Shown here: positions 27,287 to 41,595 of the stretch, in pieces
Layout: each line of letters starts with the position of its first letter
Numbering within the stretch: the first letter of the stretch is position 1
Assembly (NCBI GenBank): GCA_951406725.2
Contig: OX597816.1
Span: 34,348,001 to 34,412,000, forward strand
Source: Octopus vulgaris
Lineage: Eukaryota
Reading direction: 5' to 3'
DNA length: 64,000 nucleotides
Program-made: the position numbers and the translations under genes
The notes under the pieces: model-generated
What the model was told of the DNA's origin: nothing
The model's database searches: none
Seen by the model: the letters and a program-made list of their open reading frames with translations, nothing else

Positions 27287-29387
27287 TTAATATTATAAAT
27301 ATCTATTAAAAAATATTCTACTGTGAAAAGGGATCATGCTTTTCGATCAAGATTTAGTTTAATTCCATTACAATACATTTTCTTCTCATAACATTGTTTC
27401 TAGTCACTTTAAAATAATTCCGCTCTCGTTTATACAAAATTTTGTCAACTATGAAAATAAAGAACAATTATAAGTCGCCTCAATAATATTCTAATTTCAC
27501 ACGCAATGCTTTCTAGTTTGTAAAACTGAGAACACAAAGAATAGTATGACTGATATCTATCGCAGATTTCTTTATGGAACCAACTTTTCTTTCAATGTCA
27601 TTGAAGCATTTGTATTAACAGAGACTATTTACGAGAAATGTATTTTCATTTCGCGCATGCTATTAATAATTAGACATGGATAGCATCACCATAGCTAAGA
27701 TAACTAAATAGATAATTGTGACGTTGACGTAATATGAGTGATCTTAACAAAACAAATAGGACAGCAGAAGCCGCAAATGTATAAGTGTTCTTATATCGCA
27801 TTTATCATGTAAGCGATCGTTTTCTTAAATCTTGCATTTAATGGTATTTTCTCTTGCAGTAAACACACTTCCATATATGTTGATTGTATTCATACCTTGT
27901 AAAGTTTTTACATGAAGGGAACCATAGGGTATTCTGCTATGATATGACAAACAAAAACAAGATACTACAAAATAGAAAATATCTGCCAAACATTTAAAGT
28001 TATACTGTTGGAATCGTTCGCTCGTTCTTTATTGGGGCGTTCTTTTTTTTTTTTTTTACATGTTTCGGGCATATATCTGTTAACTGTTCGTGTGTATATC
28101 ATTCTTATTGTTCGACAGATATCGTCCAGAAGCGACTGGTGTTGAGTCTCATACTGCCACTTTTTCAGTTCTGAATCTTGTTTCTTCACTTGATATATAA
28201 CGAACTTTATTGCTTGTGTGAAAAACCCATATTATTACTAACATTTATCGAGCTTTTATTCATGGTAGTGCAGGATAATTTTATATTCAAAATCTTTCTC
28301 TTCTTTCATAAAATAACTTAGAATAAAAAGGGACTATCACTCTAGGCTTGTCAATGGCTCGCTAGTATAGCATTAAACGGTAGAAAAGTATTTACCTTAG
28401 TTTCTCCTGGATCGCGGTAGAAATTACGTTAATATACACTATTTAATATAGTGCGCTGCTTTGTTGAAATTACACGAATAGAGCCATAAAAATTTCTTCT
28501 TTTGTCTTGAACTAGTGTACTTGTCTTGTTGATTTTTTTTTTATTTTAAGCCTCAAGTTTCAGGAAATGTATGCTATACATGATTATCGAATGTTTTATG
28601 AAACAGAACACATCTAAACAGTGTTTTAGCAGAATGACATTTGATAGTTGGCTTCTATATTTAGAAGGTCACAAGTCCCGTAGGGGATTATGTATTAGCT
28701 CATTTCATATCATAGATTTGTTTCTTCTCAAGGATATTTATTCATAGTGCATCAATATTTGTTTCTTACATTCATATAAGTGATAGTGTTAGTATCGATT
28801 CACTTTATTGATAGCTATTTTGCTTTTTCCTATTTACATGAGCTAGTTCAGGTTCTATATATTTATTGATGATGTTTCTCCCGAATGACTTTTGTTGGTG
28901 AATTCTAACCTCATCTGATAGTGTTTCTATTGATGCATGCATCATGGTAGTATTTCTCTCGGCCATGTTAATGGATTTGATAGTTATTGTTTTGATATAT
29001 GTATATTCATGGTATTCCTCTTGATCCACGTGTATTGATTGTGCTTCTATTGATCTACGCTTTATTGATGGCGTTTCTGTTGGCCAATGTTTATTAGAGA
29101 ACTTGGGTGTTCCCCTTACTTGATGCTGTGCTTCTTAGCCTGTATTAATGGCTAATATTTTTGTGCTGATCCATCAGAATCAATATTCGCATGATAACTT
29201 TAATATCTTAACTGGTTTTGATTGATGGCATTTATTGTTTACTTTCACCCATAACTTATGTTAAATCTATTAAGGATTACCTGGATATATTTTTATTTTG
29301 CCTGATGGCAATTTTGTTTGTTTCCATTTGCGATGTGCATGATTCAGCAACGTTTTGGAGATTTCCGTTTTCTCAGTAATATTGCGT

Positions 29388-29596
<209 letters not shown>

Positions 29597-31049
29597 TTTC
29601 ATTCAAGCCACATTTTATTCATTGCACTATTTCCTTTGTGAGCTGAGGGTTTATTTGTAGTGAAACTAACCTGGGTTTCATTACCTCCATAATTTCAACC
29701 CCGTAAAAAACAAAAACACACAGCACGTTTAATTGAGCAGGTTACAAAATATAGTTGTGGCTTGGTCAAGTTTAATCTTTGCTGTGTGTTTTCATCTATA
29801 CGAGTTTGTAGTGACAAAATCTCATGACTTTTCCTTTGAAACTAATGTGACTTTGCGATCACACACAAACTATACAATATTTGGAACAATTACATTCACT
29901 ACTAGTGCCTTGTCCAATCTGTAAATTCTTTAGTTGATTGCACATCGCTTGTTTTATGTTCTAAACTGAAACGGCGGTAAGCGTATCTCTAAATCTGATG
30001 GAAGCTCAATAAATTCATTATAAGTCTTCTGAACAATAGGATTCTCATCTCATAATTATGTCATCGTAGCATATATATATAAAAAAAAGGTTATTGACTA
30101 TGAGCCCGTCTTCGTTTATTAATTTTAAAGCTATCGCGTTAGAATAATGTGAACCTCTAAACTGCGCGACCGAGAGCAGGCAAAATTTTTGCCGTGGACT
30201 ATTTTCACACCGCTTTAGTTAAATACAATTCGGCTTACAATTGTATGCGTTGAGAGCTCAACTGATATAACAATATACAAAATAATTTAAAAGGTTACAT
30301 TACAACAGTTGCATAACATTACGAAGCAGTTAGAACGTAACCATTTTGTAGTCACACATTAAATTTCCAAAACTGAGTAAAAAGTTATTTGTGGAAAAAT
30401 GAGATTGTTATTTACCTTTCATGCAGAATTATTGTCTTATTGCGTGTACTCCATCCAAAAATATGCAATTTAGCCTGTTTAACAAGCATCATTCGATTTT
30501 CGTGCGACACCAACTCTCTCTTCCTTTGTACCAACGCTAAAATGTTTTTGATAATCAACGTTAAAATGTTTGTGATAATCTTTCTTTACTTACACTGAAC
30601 CGCAAAAGAAAAGCGATTTTTCGAACGTCATTTTCACATCGTAAATTCTGACAATTTATTTCAGTGGTATAAATGTAAATATTTCAAGACATGGTTTATG
30701 GTTGGTTTTTGGCTAAAACTCAAATTTAAGGGTAAATGTAGAGGAGATATCGACGTAGCTGGATGTTGCCTGGCTGGTGGTAGCGATAAAAATGGGCTTG
30801 GAGGAAGAAATATCGATCCCCCAAGCCACAAAAACACTAACGCAGAACTTGCTGGCGCAGAAAAAGGAAATGATCATCCCAGAAATGAGACTCGAAAATA
30901 CAGCTGCATTGAATGCCGGGAGTGGCAGTAGCAAACAATTGTCATGAAAACGGAAATGCATATGCATCAGCTGGAAGTAATGGACATAAAAATCAATTTG
31001 AACCGCATCCCTGACATTCGCAATCCATCTGCCATTCGTTCCCCCCACT

Positions 31050-32782
31050 TTTGAAGTTAGTGTCGTGAATTACGGTCAGTGTCACTACTTATATTGCGGT
31101 TGCTGCTTTGTTGGGCGCTATTGCTGTGTGTGTTCGTAAAACACTTGTGTTTCACTGTTTTGCAGCGTTCCTGTTGTCGTTTCTCCCTTGTTTAAAGGAG
31201 GACGCGCTATGAGGAAATGCCAAGTTGTAAGTTCGTTCGACGCAGAGTTGTTGGATGGAGAATTGATGTATTAGGCGAGTGGCATGGACGAGGAGCTGGC
31301 AAGAAAAGGAGGCGAAAAAACAGAAAATGTATCAAACGTTTTGCGGTGACGGCCAGTGTGTCGAAGGGGAATGTGTGATTTGAAAGGCAGGATTGGTAAA
31401 ATACCGAGTTATGTTTAAAAAGGAGGGGTCGAAGAAGAACTGACCCCTCTTAACAAAATTACACGGGATCTTTGTTAGAAAGTGATATTTAAGACATTTG
31501 TGATAAGGGAGAAAATAATTGAAATGGCAACGAAGTTACAAGTTGACCAGTGCTTGGCACCCATTTGTCCAGAATTATCGTATCTGGCAAGGGGCGCCAA
31601 ATACACTACAGTGGACACGCGGTTCTCAACTGAAGAAAAGGCCGGGTAACACTCCGCGGCCTCCTTGAAAACAGGAAATTATATTACTATGATCTTACCT
31701 TAGAAGGCGTGCTTCCAGTGTAAGGGTAGATGAGTTACCACCGGAGGTGTGTTTTTTCTGACTGATAGAAGCGATAGCGAGTGGCTTGGAGAAAACATCA
31801 ATCCTCCAAGCCACGAAAAGACCAACACAGAACTGTTTGGGTCAGGGACTGAGTGTGATCATTCAAGCTGCCTCGCAGATTTTGAAAATATTATCGACAC
31901 CATTGTGGCGGATGATAAGAGATTTAGGGTTGTAGTGGAGAGCAGAAAGCCGCGTTATTACAAGTGTGGCCAAAAGGACCACATTAGAGCGGAATGAGTC
32001 CACCTCCCGCAAAGGCACCGTCCTTCCAACTATTGCGGCGTCGAATGAGGGTGTATGCAAAGAGCGGCCATGTTCGACGGAAAAGGACAAATAAGTGCAA
32101 GAAGAGGCAGCGAATGGATGGAATAGTCACAAAATGAAACAAAAAGAGGAGGAAGAGAAACCACAACAGTGACTATGGCCCCCACCCTGCCCCACTCCAC
32201 CTCTCCCTACCCATTCAGACACCAGTCCTTGTCCTGTTACAACTAGCACTGACCCCGAACCTGACCCTACAGACACATGAGTCGACATACAGAACTCCTA
32301 AATCCCCCAGCCTGCCCCCTGTGACAAGAGTTGTGTTATAGCTTTCAATGAAAAGAATAATATTTTGACGAAGAAAATAGTTTAAAGGACGTTGTGAAAA
32401 TTGATCTTCCTGCTTGTAAGAAGTATCCCTCAAATATAAGATGTGTTATCGTTAGCGGAGGGCAGTTTCGCAGACTGAATGAGGAGTTCGGGGCAAGTGT
32501 GTATGTTACGAACATTAAAGCCGATACCGAAGCATTGCTATCTACGGTGAGTATTCTAGATAGTTTAGAAACTGATGGAAAAACTATAATAATGTAATTG
32601 GTTGTAAAATAGTTCTATATGGTCACTCGGCGTGTGGGTTTTCGAGTGGCCGTCATTCCACCACTTCATTAATTTTCTCTCATCATTTACATTCGTTTTT
32701 TCCCCACTTAGGTGAGGGTTTTTTTCTGTCCTTGTTGAGGCCTCCCTATGTTTAGCTCTTTGTAATTGATTTTAAATAAATT
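31050..32782 (+). mobile_element. Decayed L1/Tx1-like ORF1-only retroelement nested in the Tc1 5' region
   Basis: Zn-knuckle remnant VVVESRKPRYYKCGQKDHIRAE (~31930-31995); purine-rich coding-like composition; ends in aaataaat just before the Tc1 ATG. Confidence 0.55.
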
Positions 32783-32803
32783 TGTAATTTGGACGTATCA
32801 GGG

Positions 32804-32860
32804 ATGACCCGATTCTCAGCAGCGCAACGAGAGCAGGCTATCAGCCGATTGCAAGCAGAA
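32804..32860 (+). pseudogene. Tc1 transposase N-terminus fragment
   Basis: MTRFSAAQREQAISRLQAE resembles the Tc1-type MPRLS..QR..AIG.LQAG start. Confidence 0.65.
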
Positions 32861-33278
32861 CCCTTATGTAAAGAAGTAAAAATCAAGTGAACGTAAAAAT
32901 AGACAGAGGAAAGATACATAGAGAATGACAGAATCCACGTTAATCGAAGGGAGGAAGATTTTTCTGCTTAGAAACCGAGGTCAACTGGGCAAGTAACGTT
33001 TAACAAGCTATAAATGAATGGACGAGAAGACATGTTACATATAAATGTGTGTGTATGCTTGTGTTTCATGGTTTGCATGTGTGTATGAGCACGCGTGTGT
33101 CTGTGCATTTGTGTGTATATGACTGTGTATATGTGTGCTGCGTGTGTGGGGACAGAGAGGGAGAGAGGTAGGTTCAGAAAAAGAAGATATAATGATAGAT
33201 ACATAGCTTTATACACCTGCATTTAAACACAGTCAAGTATACATGTACAAATGCATTCATAAATAAATATATATATAG

Positions 33279-33333
<55 letters not shown>

Positions 33334-33430
33334 AATATACATATACATATATACATATATATGTATATATATATACATATATATATATATGTGCGTGTAT
33401 ATATATATATATATATATATATACATACAT

Positions 33431-33534
<104 letters not shown>

Positions 33535-33941
33535 GAAAACATGAGATCAAATACGCTGACAGATATCAATAAATTTCTCAATATCAAAAGAATTTGGTTA
33601 TACATTTTCAACAATCAGATACTAGTAAATGTAACTAGATAAAACTTCATCCATATCAGGTAAATGCAAACATACTTTTTTTAGAATTTCGTGAAATTCA
33701 GCGTACAGGAAAAATACGTACAGGAAAAAATTATATCTTTGCTATAGATGTCACTTTAGAAAGCCGACAATTGCTTCTCTTGCAGTTATACACACACAGA
33801 AACATACCTAAATCAATCATCAACCATCAGATAATACCCAATCAATACTTTATTAAACCATTACACAACAGCAATGACATTATACATAGTATATTTAAAT
33901 ATAACTAGACATAGAAATAGAAATAGAAAATATAATTACAT

Positions 33942-34110
<169 letters not shown>

Positions 34111-34116
34111 GTGTGT

Positions 34117-34347
34117 GGAGGCGCAATGGCCCAGTGGTTAGGGCAGCGGACTCGCGGTCATAGGATCGCGGTTTCGATTCCCAGACCGAGCGTTGTGAGT
34201 GTTTATTGAGCGAAAACACCTAAAGCTCCACGAGGCTCCGGCAGGGGATTGTGGTAATCGCTGCTGTATGATCGCTGCTTCACGAGCAGGCTGTTCTGTT
34301 GATTCGGATCAACCGGAATTCTCGTCGTCGTAACCGACGGAGTGTTT

Positions 34348-34350
<3 letters not shown>
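34117..34350 (+). mobile_element. tRNA-derived SINE, family C
   Basis: A-box TGGCCCAGTGG, B-box GGTTTCGATTCC, non-tRNA body, terminal hairpin cgtcg-taac-cgacg; embedded in TA/TG repeats. Confidence 0.75.
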
Positions 34351-34429
<79 letters not shown>

Positions 34430-35173
34430 TCTGTGTGTCTGTGTGTGTATGTGTGTATGTAATTGAGTTCGACTTTAAATCGTTATTTTCCGACTTTGGT
34501 TATTGGATGTCTCAGATGGTGCATGTAGCATGACACTTCGGCAGGCCACAAAAGCATTTAAATCGCAAAACGTAGAATTACTACGCCATAAGGTGAAGAG
34601 AGAAGAAATGATTAGAATTTTATTACTGTGGATTATACTTTTGCTGCAAATATTCTTTTGAAACTTATAAAATCATATTTGAGAGAATATCGCCGCACTA
34701 CCATTGGCTAGTTTGTTCCACATCAATGCTTTGATAAATAAAAACTAAAAACTAAACGTAAGTTGTTTTCGGAACACAATGCCGGCAGCGGACTCGATAA
34801 TTTTCGTGTTGGTGAGAAGGTTTCACCTTGTGAGTTAATCGGTATTCTTTGTCAATTTACATATCTGTTCATTATCTGTATAGCTGTGGGGTATAATAAA
34901 TTAGGTTTACATTCGGTATGATGTTATTTTAGATGACATTGTTTACCCGACTAAAACAGAAAGAAGGAAAACACACTGTGCCAGTGTCCTTAGCATGTAG
35001 ATGTATGATTGAAGTTTAGTGAATTATACTATTCAATCTGCGACTAATTAAAAGCAGGTGCTAAACGAATAGGCTCGATACCTAAGATGTTACATATACG
35101 TATATTCATATAGTATAATTCAAGTCAAAACCTCGTAATGCTATTTACCACACAGCCACTCCTACGCCTCCTT

Positions 35174-35384
35174 CTCTTTTACTCTTTTACTTGTTTCAGT
35201 CATTTGACTGCAGCCATGCTGGAGCACAGCCTTTTTAGTCGAGCAAATCGACCCCAGGACTTATTCTTTGTAAGCCTAGTACTTGTTCTATAGGTCTCTT
35301 TTGCCGAACTGCTAAGTAACGGGGACCTAAACACACCAGCATCGGTTGTCAAGCGATGTTGGGGAGACAAACACAGACACACAA

Positions 35385-35417
<33 letters not shown>

Positions 35418-35592
35418 CATATATATACGACGGGCTTCTTTCAGTCTCCGTCTACCACATCCACTCACAAGGCATTGGACGGCCCGAGGCTATAATAGAA
35501 GACACTCGCCCAAGGTGCCACGCAGTGGGACTGAACCCGGAACTGTGTGGTTGGTAAGCAAGCTACTTTACCACACAACCACTCCTACGCCT
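35174..35592 (-). mobile_element. Full-length SINE family B (tRNA head + CORE-like domain + internal microsatellite + tail)
   Basis: Minus strand A-box TGGTTGTGTGG, B-box GGTTCAGTCC, CORE-like ACCTTGGGCGAGTG; internal (TA)(TG) run; colinear with 38375-38840. Confidence 0.88.
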
Positions 35593-35616
35593 ATTTATAT
35601 AAATATATATATATAC

Positions 35617-35692
<76 letters not shown>

Positions 35693-35825
35693 AAAATTAG
35701 AGATAAAACAACTATTAGGCAAATCAAACAGTGAGAAACATAAGCCAATACATAAAATTAATTTTAAAATATAAAAGTTAAAAATTTAAAAAATTCTTAA
35801 AATAATTTAAACTTATAAATTTTAA

Positions 35826-35861
<36 letters not shown>

Positions 35862-37889
35862 GTATATTTTTATATCTATATATTATTTTGTTTATTAATT
35901 AATTAATTTATTTATTTATTATTTTTCTTTTTAATTTTCTTTTTATTTATTTTAGAACAACTATGGCGTTATTTGGCTGTTACGTGTTATTCTGCTCTAG
36001 TTCATATTCTAGGTCTGGTGACAGGCGGATCGCTTCTTTGCATGAATTTAATATTAGAATGATAAAACACGAGAATATAGGATATCATGCTTCAAAAGTA
36101 ACAGTAATTGTTTGTACACCGCATACCAGCTTCATGTTGCCGAGTTTATATTCATATACACTTATAGAAGAGCATTGTCTTCTTTGACTATAGAGTTGAA
36201 TATTTTTCAGCCACACTCGTGTGTTGACATTTCCTACTGTGGAATATTATATACAGACTTACATACGTACATACATAAATAAATATGTGTGTGTATGTGT
36301 ATATGTGTATGTATGTATGCATGTAAGCATATATGTATATCTATGTAAAGGATGTAGTAAGATTAGCCGCAAGCGTTTAAGAACAGATATTGTGTACATA
36401 TATTTATTTTTCTGAATGTCATTGGGTCGTAGCATTTTGGCAACAAAAAAAATCGGTAAAGGGTGCGCATACAATCGAACATATATGCAGAATGATGGAA
36501 AGATAAACAATAAAAAAAAAGTAATTAAATGTTTACATACCTAAAATAGTACATAGTTTAAATATGAAATTAGTTCTTTTTCTTAACTGAACTTTATCAC
36601 GTTTAACTAAAAACAGGCAAAACATCCCCACATAACATATATCGGAAATATAGCTTAATTTAATTTAATACCCAATCAGGTATTCCAAGATTTTATCTGC
36701 ATTCGTTTTCAGTTCCTGCCGCATTACTGCCCCACCTCGTAACATCCTTTAGCTATTATATAGAATAAAAGCAATATTTTCTCCGGCCGTCATAGCTTGG
36801 AACGAAGAAAATAGCATCGCTAAAATCAAAAGTACCTACTCAATTGCGTCTAACCTACATATATGTACACAATGCCAAATGTATATATCGGTGAATGAAA
36901 GCAAACAAAACAAGTGTAACAAACAAAATATTATATCTGCTGCAGATGTATATTGGAGCTAGTTGTTTCACATGAGTGATTATAACTTTGGAATGTTACA
37001 TAGTTTCACTATTTTTTTAGGCTTTTGGATGGGCAAGGTCTCACAGTGCTATGATCACGTTCCTGTTCTCTTTCACCCAACGGAACCCTTAGGACATGGC
37101 ACCTACGTTGGAAAGAGCTTCAGCCACATCCTGGCTATCACTCATAGTAGTCTCGTTGAAGGAAGCAAGTGGTGAATTTCAGAAGGAGACAAAGCGCAAC
37201 CCATTTTAAAAATTGAACCTACAACCTAAAATGATGGGTTTTAACAACACATATTATATGAAATTGCCGTGTTGTTGTTCCTTGGCACTCTAATTTAAAT
37301 CCTGTCGACACTGAATTTCTTCTCTCGGTTTTAATATAAAAGTTTTAAAGAATTTAAGTATATTTTCAGAGTTAGATACTCAAACGGTATAATGGATGCA
37401 TAGAATCAAGAACTCTCAATGAAAGTTGAATTCCATTGATTACAATCGCACAGTGTCTAGGTAAGAGTAGATCATTGACATTAACAACATATCTATAGTT
37501 AAAACACTCACTTTTATTGTCAATGTATACAATTTCTTGTTCGATGTCAAAGCTGTAAGAAATAAAATATTATAAATTAAATGTGTTGCGTTAAATTGCA
37601 TTACTTATTATAGTTTAAGCTTTTAACCGTATATTGGTAGAATTGCACATAACATCAGCTAGATTATATGGAGGAAAAAGAAATGGGTGTAGTGAAAGCA
37701 ATAAAGATACATTTATGAAAATATAATGTCCGAACAATTCTACTTCAAAATATATTTCTAAAGTCATATTCACGTAATTCAAAAAATGTCTTCAAATTCA
37801 AATAACGTAGTGAAGAATGGCCTCTACCTACACAGTATTTGGCTTAATATATTGGGAAATCTCATAAATAATGCGGTATTTTTTCAATT

Positions 37890-38143
37890 GCTAGCCATAC
37901 GGCCAGGGTCACCATCGACTTCTGCCTCAGCACATCAGAGCCATGCCGTGGCCGCTACCAGCCCGGATTTGAACCTATTTGAACTGGTGGAGCCGAGCTC
38001 GACAACTCGTGGGGAAATGGAGGCAGCTTTCCTGAGGTTCTGGGCACTGGTACCAATGGCTTTTGTGAGCCGCTTCGTGCACTCCATGAACCGACGGTGT
38101 AGGGCCGATTTTGAACACTCAGGGTGGGTATACACGGTATTGA
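37890..38143 (+). pseudogene. Tc1 transposase C-terminal fragment
   Basis: AMPWP/SPDLNLFELV, W..VP..FV...VHSMNRRCRA, ending GGYTRY-TGA(38141-38143); right TIR ~175 bp downstream. Confidence 0.85.
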
Positions 38144-38374
38144 ATATGTCGCAAGCTACAAACTCGATATGCTGGATCCGCCCACTACCACAACACATGA
38201 CAACGACTTATAGACTATGGTGAAAGTGCTTCCAAGCAATTGACTTTATTAGATTTATCAAAATTTATATCTGACATAATGAAGTTAAAATATATTTCAC
38301 AGTCACAAACGTGGCGCATTTCTTTTGCGGTTCAGTGTATTAAATTAAGGATTTCGGTTGGTGCTCTTTATTGT

Positions 38375-38586
38375 CTTTTACCCTTTTACTTCTTTCAGTC
38401 CTTTGATTGCGGCCATGCTGGAGCACTACCATTAGTCGAGCAAATCGACATCAGGACTTATTATTTGTAAGCCTAGTACCTATTCTATCAGTCTCTTTGC
38501 CGAACCGCTAAGTTACGGGGACGTAAACACACCAGCATCGGTTGTCAAGCGATGTTGAGGGGACAAACACAGACACACAAATACAC

Positions 38587-38677
<91 letters not shown>

Positions 38678-38840
38678 GGACGGGCTTTTTTCAATTTCCG
38701 TCTACCAAATCCACTGACAAGGCTTTGGTCGGCCCCAGGCTATAGTAGAAGACACTGACCAAGGTGCAACGCAGTAGGACTGAATCCGGAACCATGAGAT
38801 TGGTAAACAAGTTACTTCCCACACAGCCACTCCTGTGCCT
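38375..38840 (-). mobile_element. Full-length SINE family B
   Basis: Colinear with 35174-35592, with a longer internal (TA)n. Confidence 0.88.
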
Positions 38841-38844
38841 AGGT

Positions 38845-39300
38845 TTCCATTGGTTTCAAACAATGATTGGTCGATAGTCTTCTTGTGATTTAATATTTGA
38901 TATTTTGTAACTTTTAAAATAGTGTAAACTATTGTCAGCAATCTGCTTGGTTAGCATAGTAGAGGTGGTTGCATGTTGAGGTATATTGTATTGTTGAAGA
39001 CAATCATTGCGTGGTCTTGCTGACTGTATATATAATAATTCAATCAATCTCACAAACATTTTAAAGTATGCATTACTGGACATGTTTTGGTGTATTGGTT
39101 GTTGACAAAAGAATGATAGTAATAATATATGCTCTGACTGGGAGGTGTGAACCTCGGTGTATTGGTTGAAGTCAAGCTGTGGTAGAATGTGAGTGTCCGA
39201 AGTCGGTTCTTGCTTGGTCTGGTTTTAGCGGTCTCTTTTCTGTGACAGTCCTCTATAGCATACTCGAATACTCGATGACGTGTGGCCTTGAGTTGCCTTT
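38845..39300 (-). mobile_element. Possible LINE ORF2 remnant
   Basis: KSQEDYRPI (RT domain 1-2 motif) at the end of ORF 38856-39083; little other support. Confidence 0.3.
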
Positions 39301-39548
39301 GAAAAGGTTTTAATGAGGCAAAATGAGAACGAATTTTACATCAACAGATTAGTTGTATCATGTACGACGCCATGATTTCACGTAGACACGTTGATTTAAT
39401 CTTCACGTAGAATTATGACACATTCTAATCGTCTCTATCTGAATGTCTTCGGTTAAGATCCCTACATAGTATAGATTTTATCTGTGTCTGCCTGTCCTTC
39501 TACCTGTCTATCTGTTTATCTATCTATCTATCTATCTATCTACATACC

Positions 39549-39593
<45 letters not shown>

Positions 39594-39763
39594 CATACAT
39601 ATATATACATACATACATACATATATATATATACATATATATATATATAAATATAGATATATATATATATGTATATATATATACACACACACACACATAT
39701 ATATATATATCTACCTCTCTATCTATATATCTGTCTATCTATCTATCTATATATCTATCTATC

Positions 39764-39837
<74 letters not shown>

Positions 39838-41217
39838 GGATAAATCAATAATTAATTATTTATCAGAGGCCAGTATACAAAATACCATATAGGTCAAATT
39901 AATATCTAAAGTATAATTATAAATATATAATTGTAACTAAGGGCGCTGGAGGGACAGAACATGTACGCTTGAAATAGAGGTCAAACGAACTACAAACCAC
40001 TTACGTTAGCAGTCCGTTTATGACAAGGCTGTATGCGGGGAAAATGAGGATATGACACCTATTGGAACACGATGCTCGACTTACAATTAAAGAAGCATTT
40101 AGCTGTGATATAGAACTTGTACTCTATTCGAATCCAGTATGGCAGCTTTCGAACACAACTGATAATATTTCAAGAAGAAAATTTTGTCAAATTAAAAACT
40201 GAAGTCTGAGAGTCACTTACTCAGGATTAAGCGTGACATACCACAATAAAATGCACTGGATGCTACGAAGATTGAATGAAAAACATCATATAAATGATAT
40301 AGATCAATATATAGACATACCTCGTCTTCCGTCCCGATAAAGGATGTAAAACGAAGAAACACTTTCAAACATTTTTCGGCTTCTAGCGGTTTTAATAAAT
40401 GATGTGTGCATATATTGACATGACTTTAATTTGTTTTACTTTTTCGGTTCAGAATAAGTATTTAGGAAATTTAAAATTTTACTGCTTTCACGTTCACGTA
40501 TCATCTGTCGACTTTACCTCACTCTCGACTCTGCTTGCTCTTCCTCATTCCATTACCACTTTTCTTCCCCGACAATGCTTGTCCTACCACTTGTTGTTCA
40601 CATAGTCCAGCGTTCCTTAATAGCAGCAGACATTTCTTTTCAAATCAGAAGTAGTCAATCCCCGCAGTCTCTTATATATTTCTAACATACAATTGACTTG
40701 TCACATTATTCCACTCGTAATACATTGGTGAGCTATTGTGCAAATCTTATCTATAAAAAGCGTGAAAAGCACCTTCTCAGCTGAGTGTTGAAATCGTTCG
40801 TTAGTTCCAAATACCATTTCATTGTGTGAGAAGGCATATCCAAAGGAGTGTTTTATTTTCAGCAGTTTGCAGACGCAAATGATGTTGAATGAAACACCCA
40901 TGTTTCCAGAGGTGAATTATTCAAACCCCAAAGAATCCCTCTCAACACATGGCTATGCTGCTCCCCCACTACTTTTACTGTGATCAGAGATGCACATATC
41001 GTCAGCCACTAAGGGACATGCTCAACTGGTTACGGTCAAACAATTGACAAGCAAATCTCTGGTATTGAGCAGAATATTTGCTGTAGCACATCTTTTATAC
41101 CGAGACAAAACAATGTACATGATAACACTTCCAGTCAGTTAAGATCAGAAGACATGAGAGCCGCTGCCTGTTACTGCATCAGGGCATTTGTTGACGCATG
41201 GAGGTACATGTTAACAT

Positions 41218-41371
41218 ATTATTTACATTATTTACATTTGTCGGATATTTGTCCTCATCTTGTTTGTTGTTAACACAACATTTCGGCTGATACACGCTCC
41301 AGGCTTTATCAGGTGTGTTGGGGAAATTTCGAACCTGTGTTCTCATTCCTAAGGTATTTTTGGATATTGTA

Positions 41372-41441
<70 letters not shown>

Positions 41442-41540
41442 TCATAGTATCCAGGGCATATGGCGTAGTGGTTAAGAGCACGGGCTACTAACCCCAAGAT
41501 TCCTAGCTTGGATCTTAATAATAATGATGTGATGATGATG

Positions 41541-41595
<55 letters not shown>

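Noticed and set aside
28800-29340. Minus-strand ORF with recurring tctattgat-like words
   Set aside because: Low-complexity degenerate repeat; no recognisable domain.
34117-34192. Functional tRNA gene
   Set aside because: A/B boxes are present but there is no clean acceptor stem or T-run terminator; it continues into a SINE body.
37786-38223. Host gene exon (GC-rich ORFs on both strands)
   Set aside because: Explained by a frameshifted Tc1 transposase C-terminus.
40899-41188. Probable interspersed repeat with CTGACGA on the minus strand
   Set aside because: Single copy in the window and no properly placed GAAA or stems; neither class nor ribozyme can be supported.
41454-41515. tRNA-Ser-like gene
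   Set aside because: T-arm deleted in this copy, no variable arm, fused to (AAT)n and the HHR tail; treated as a SINE head.
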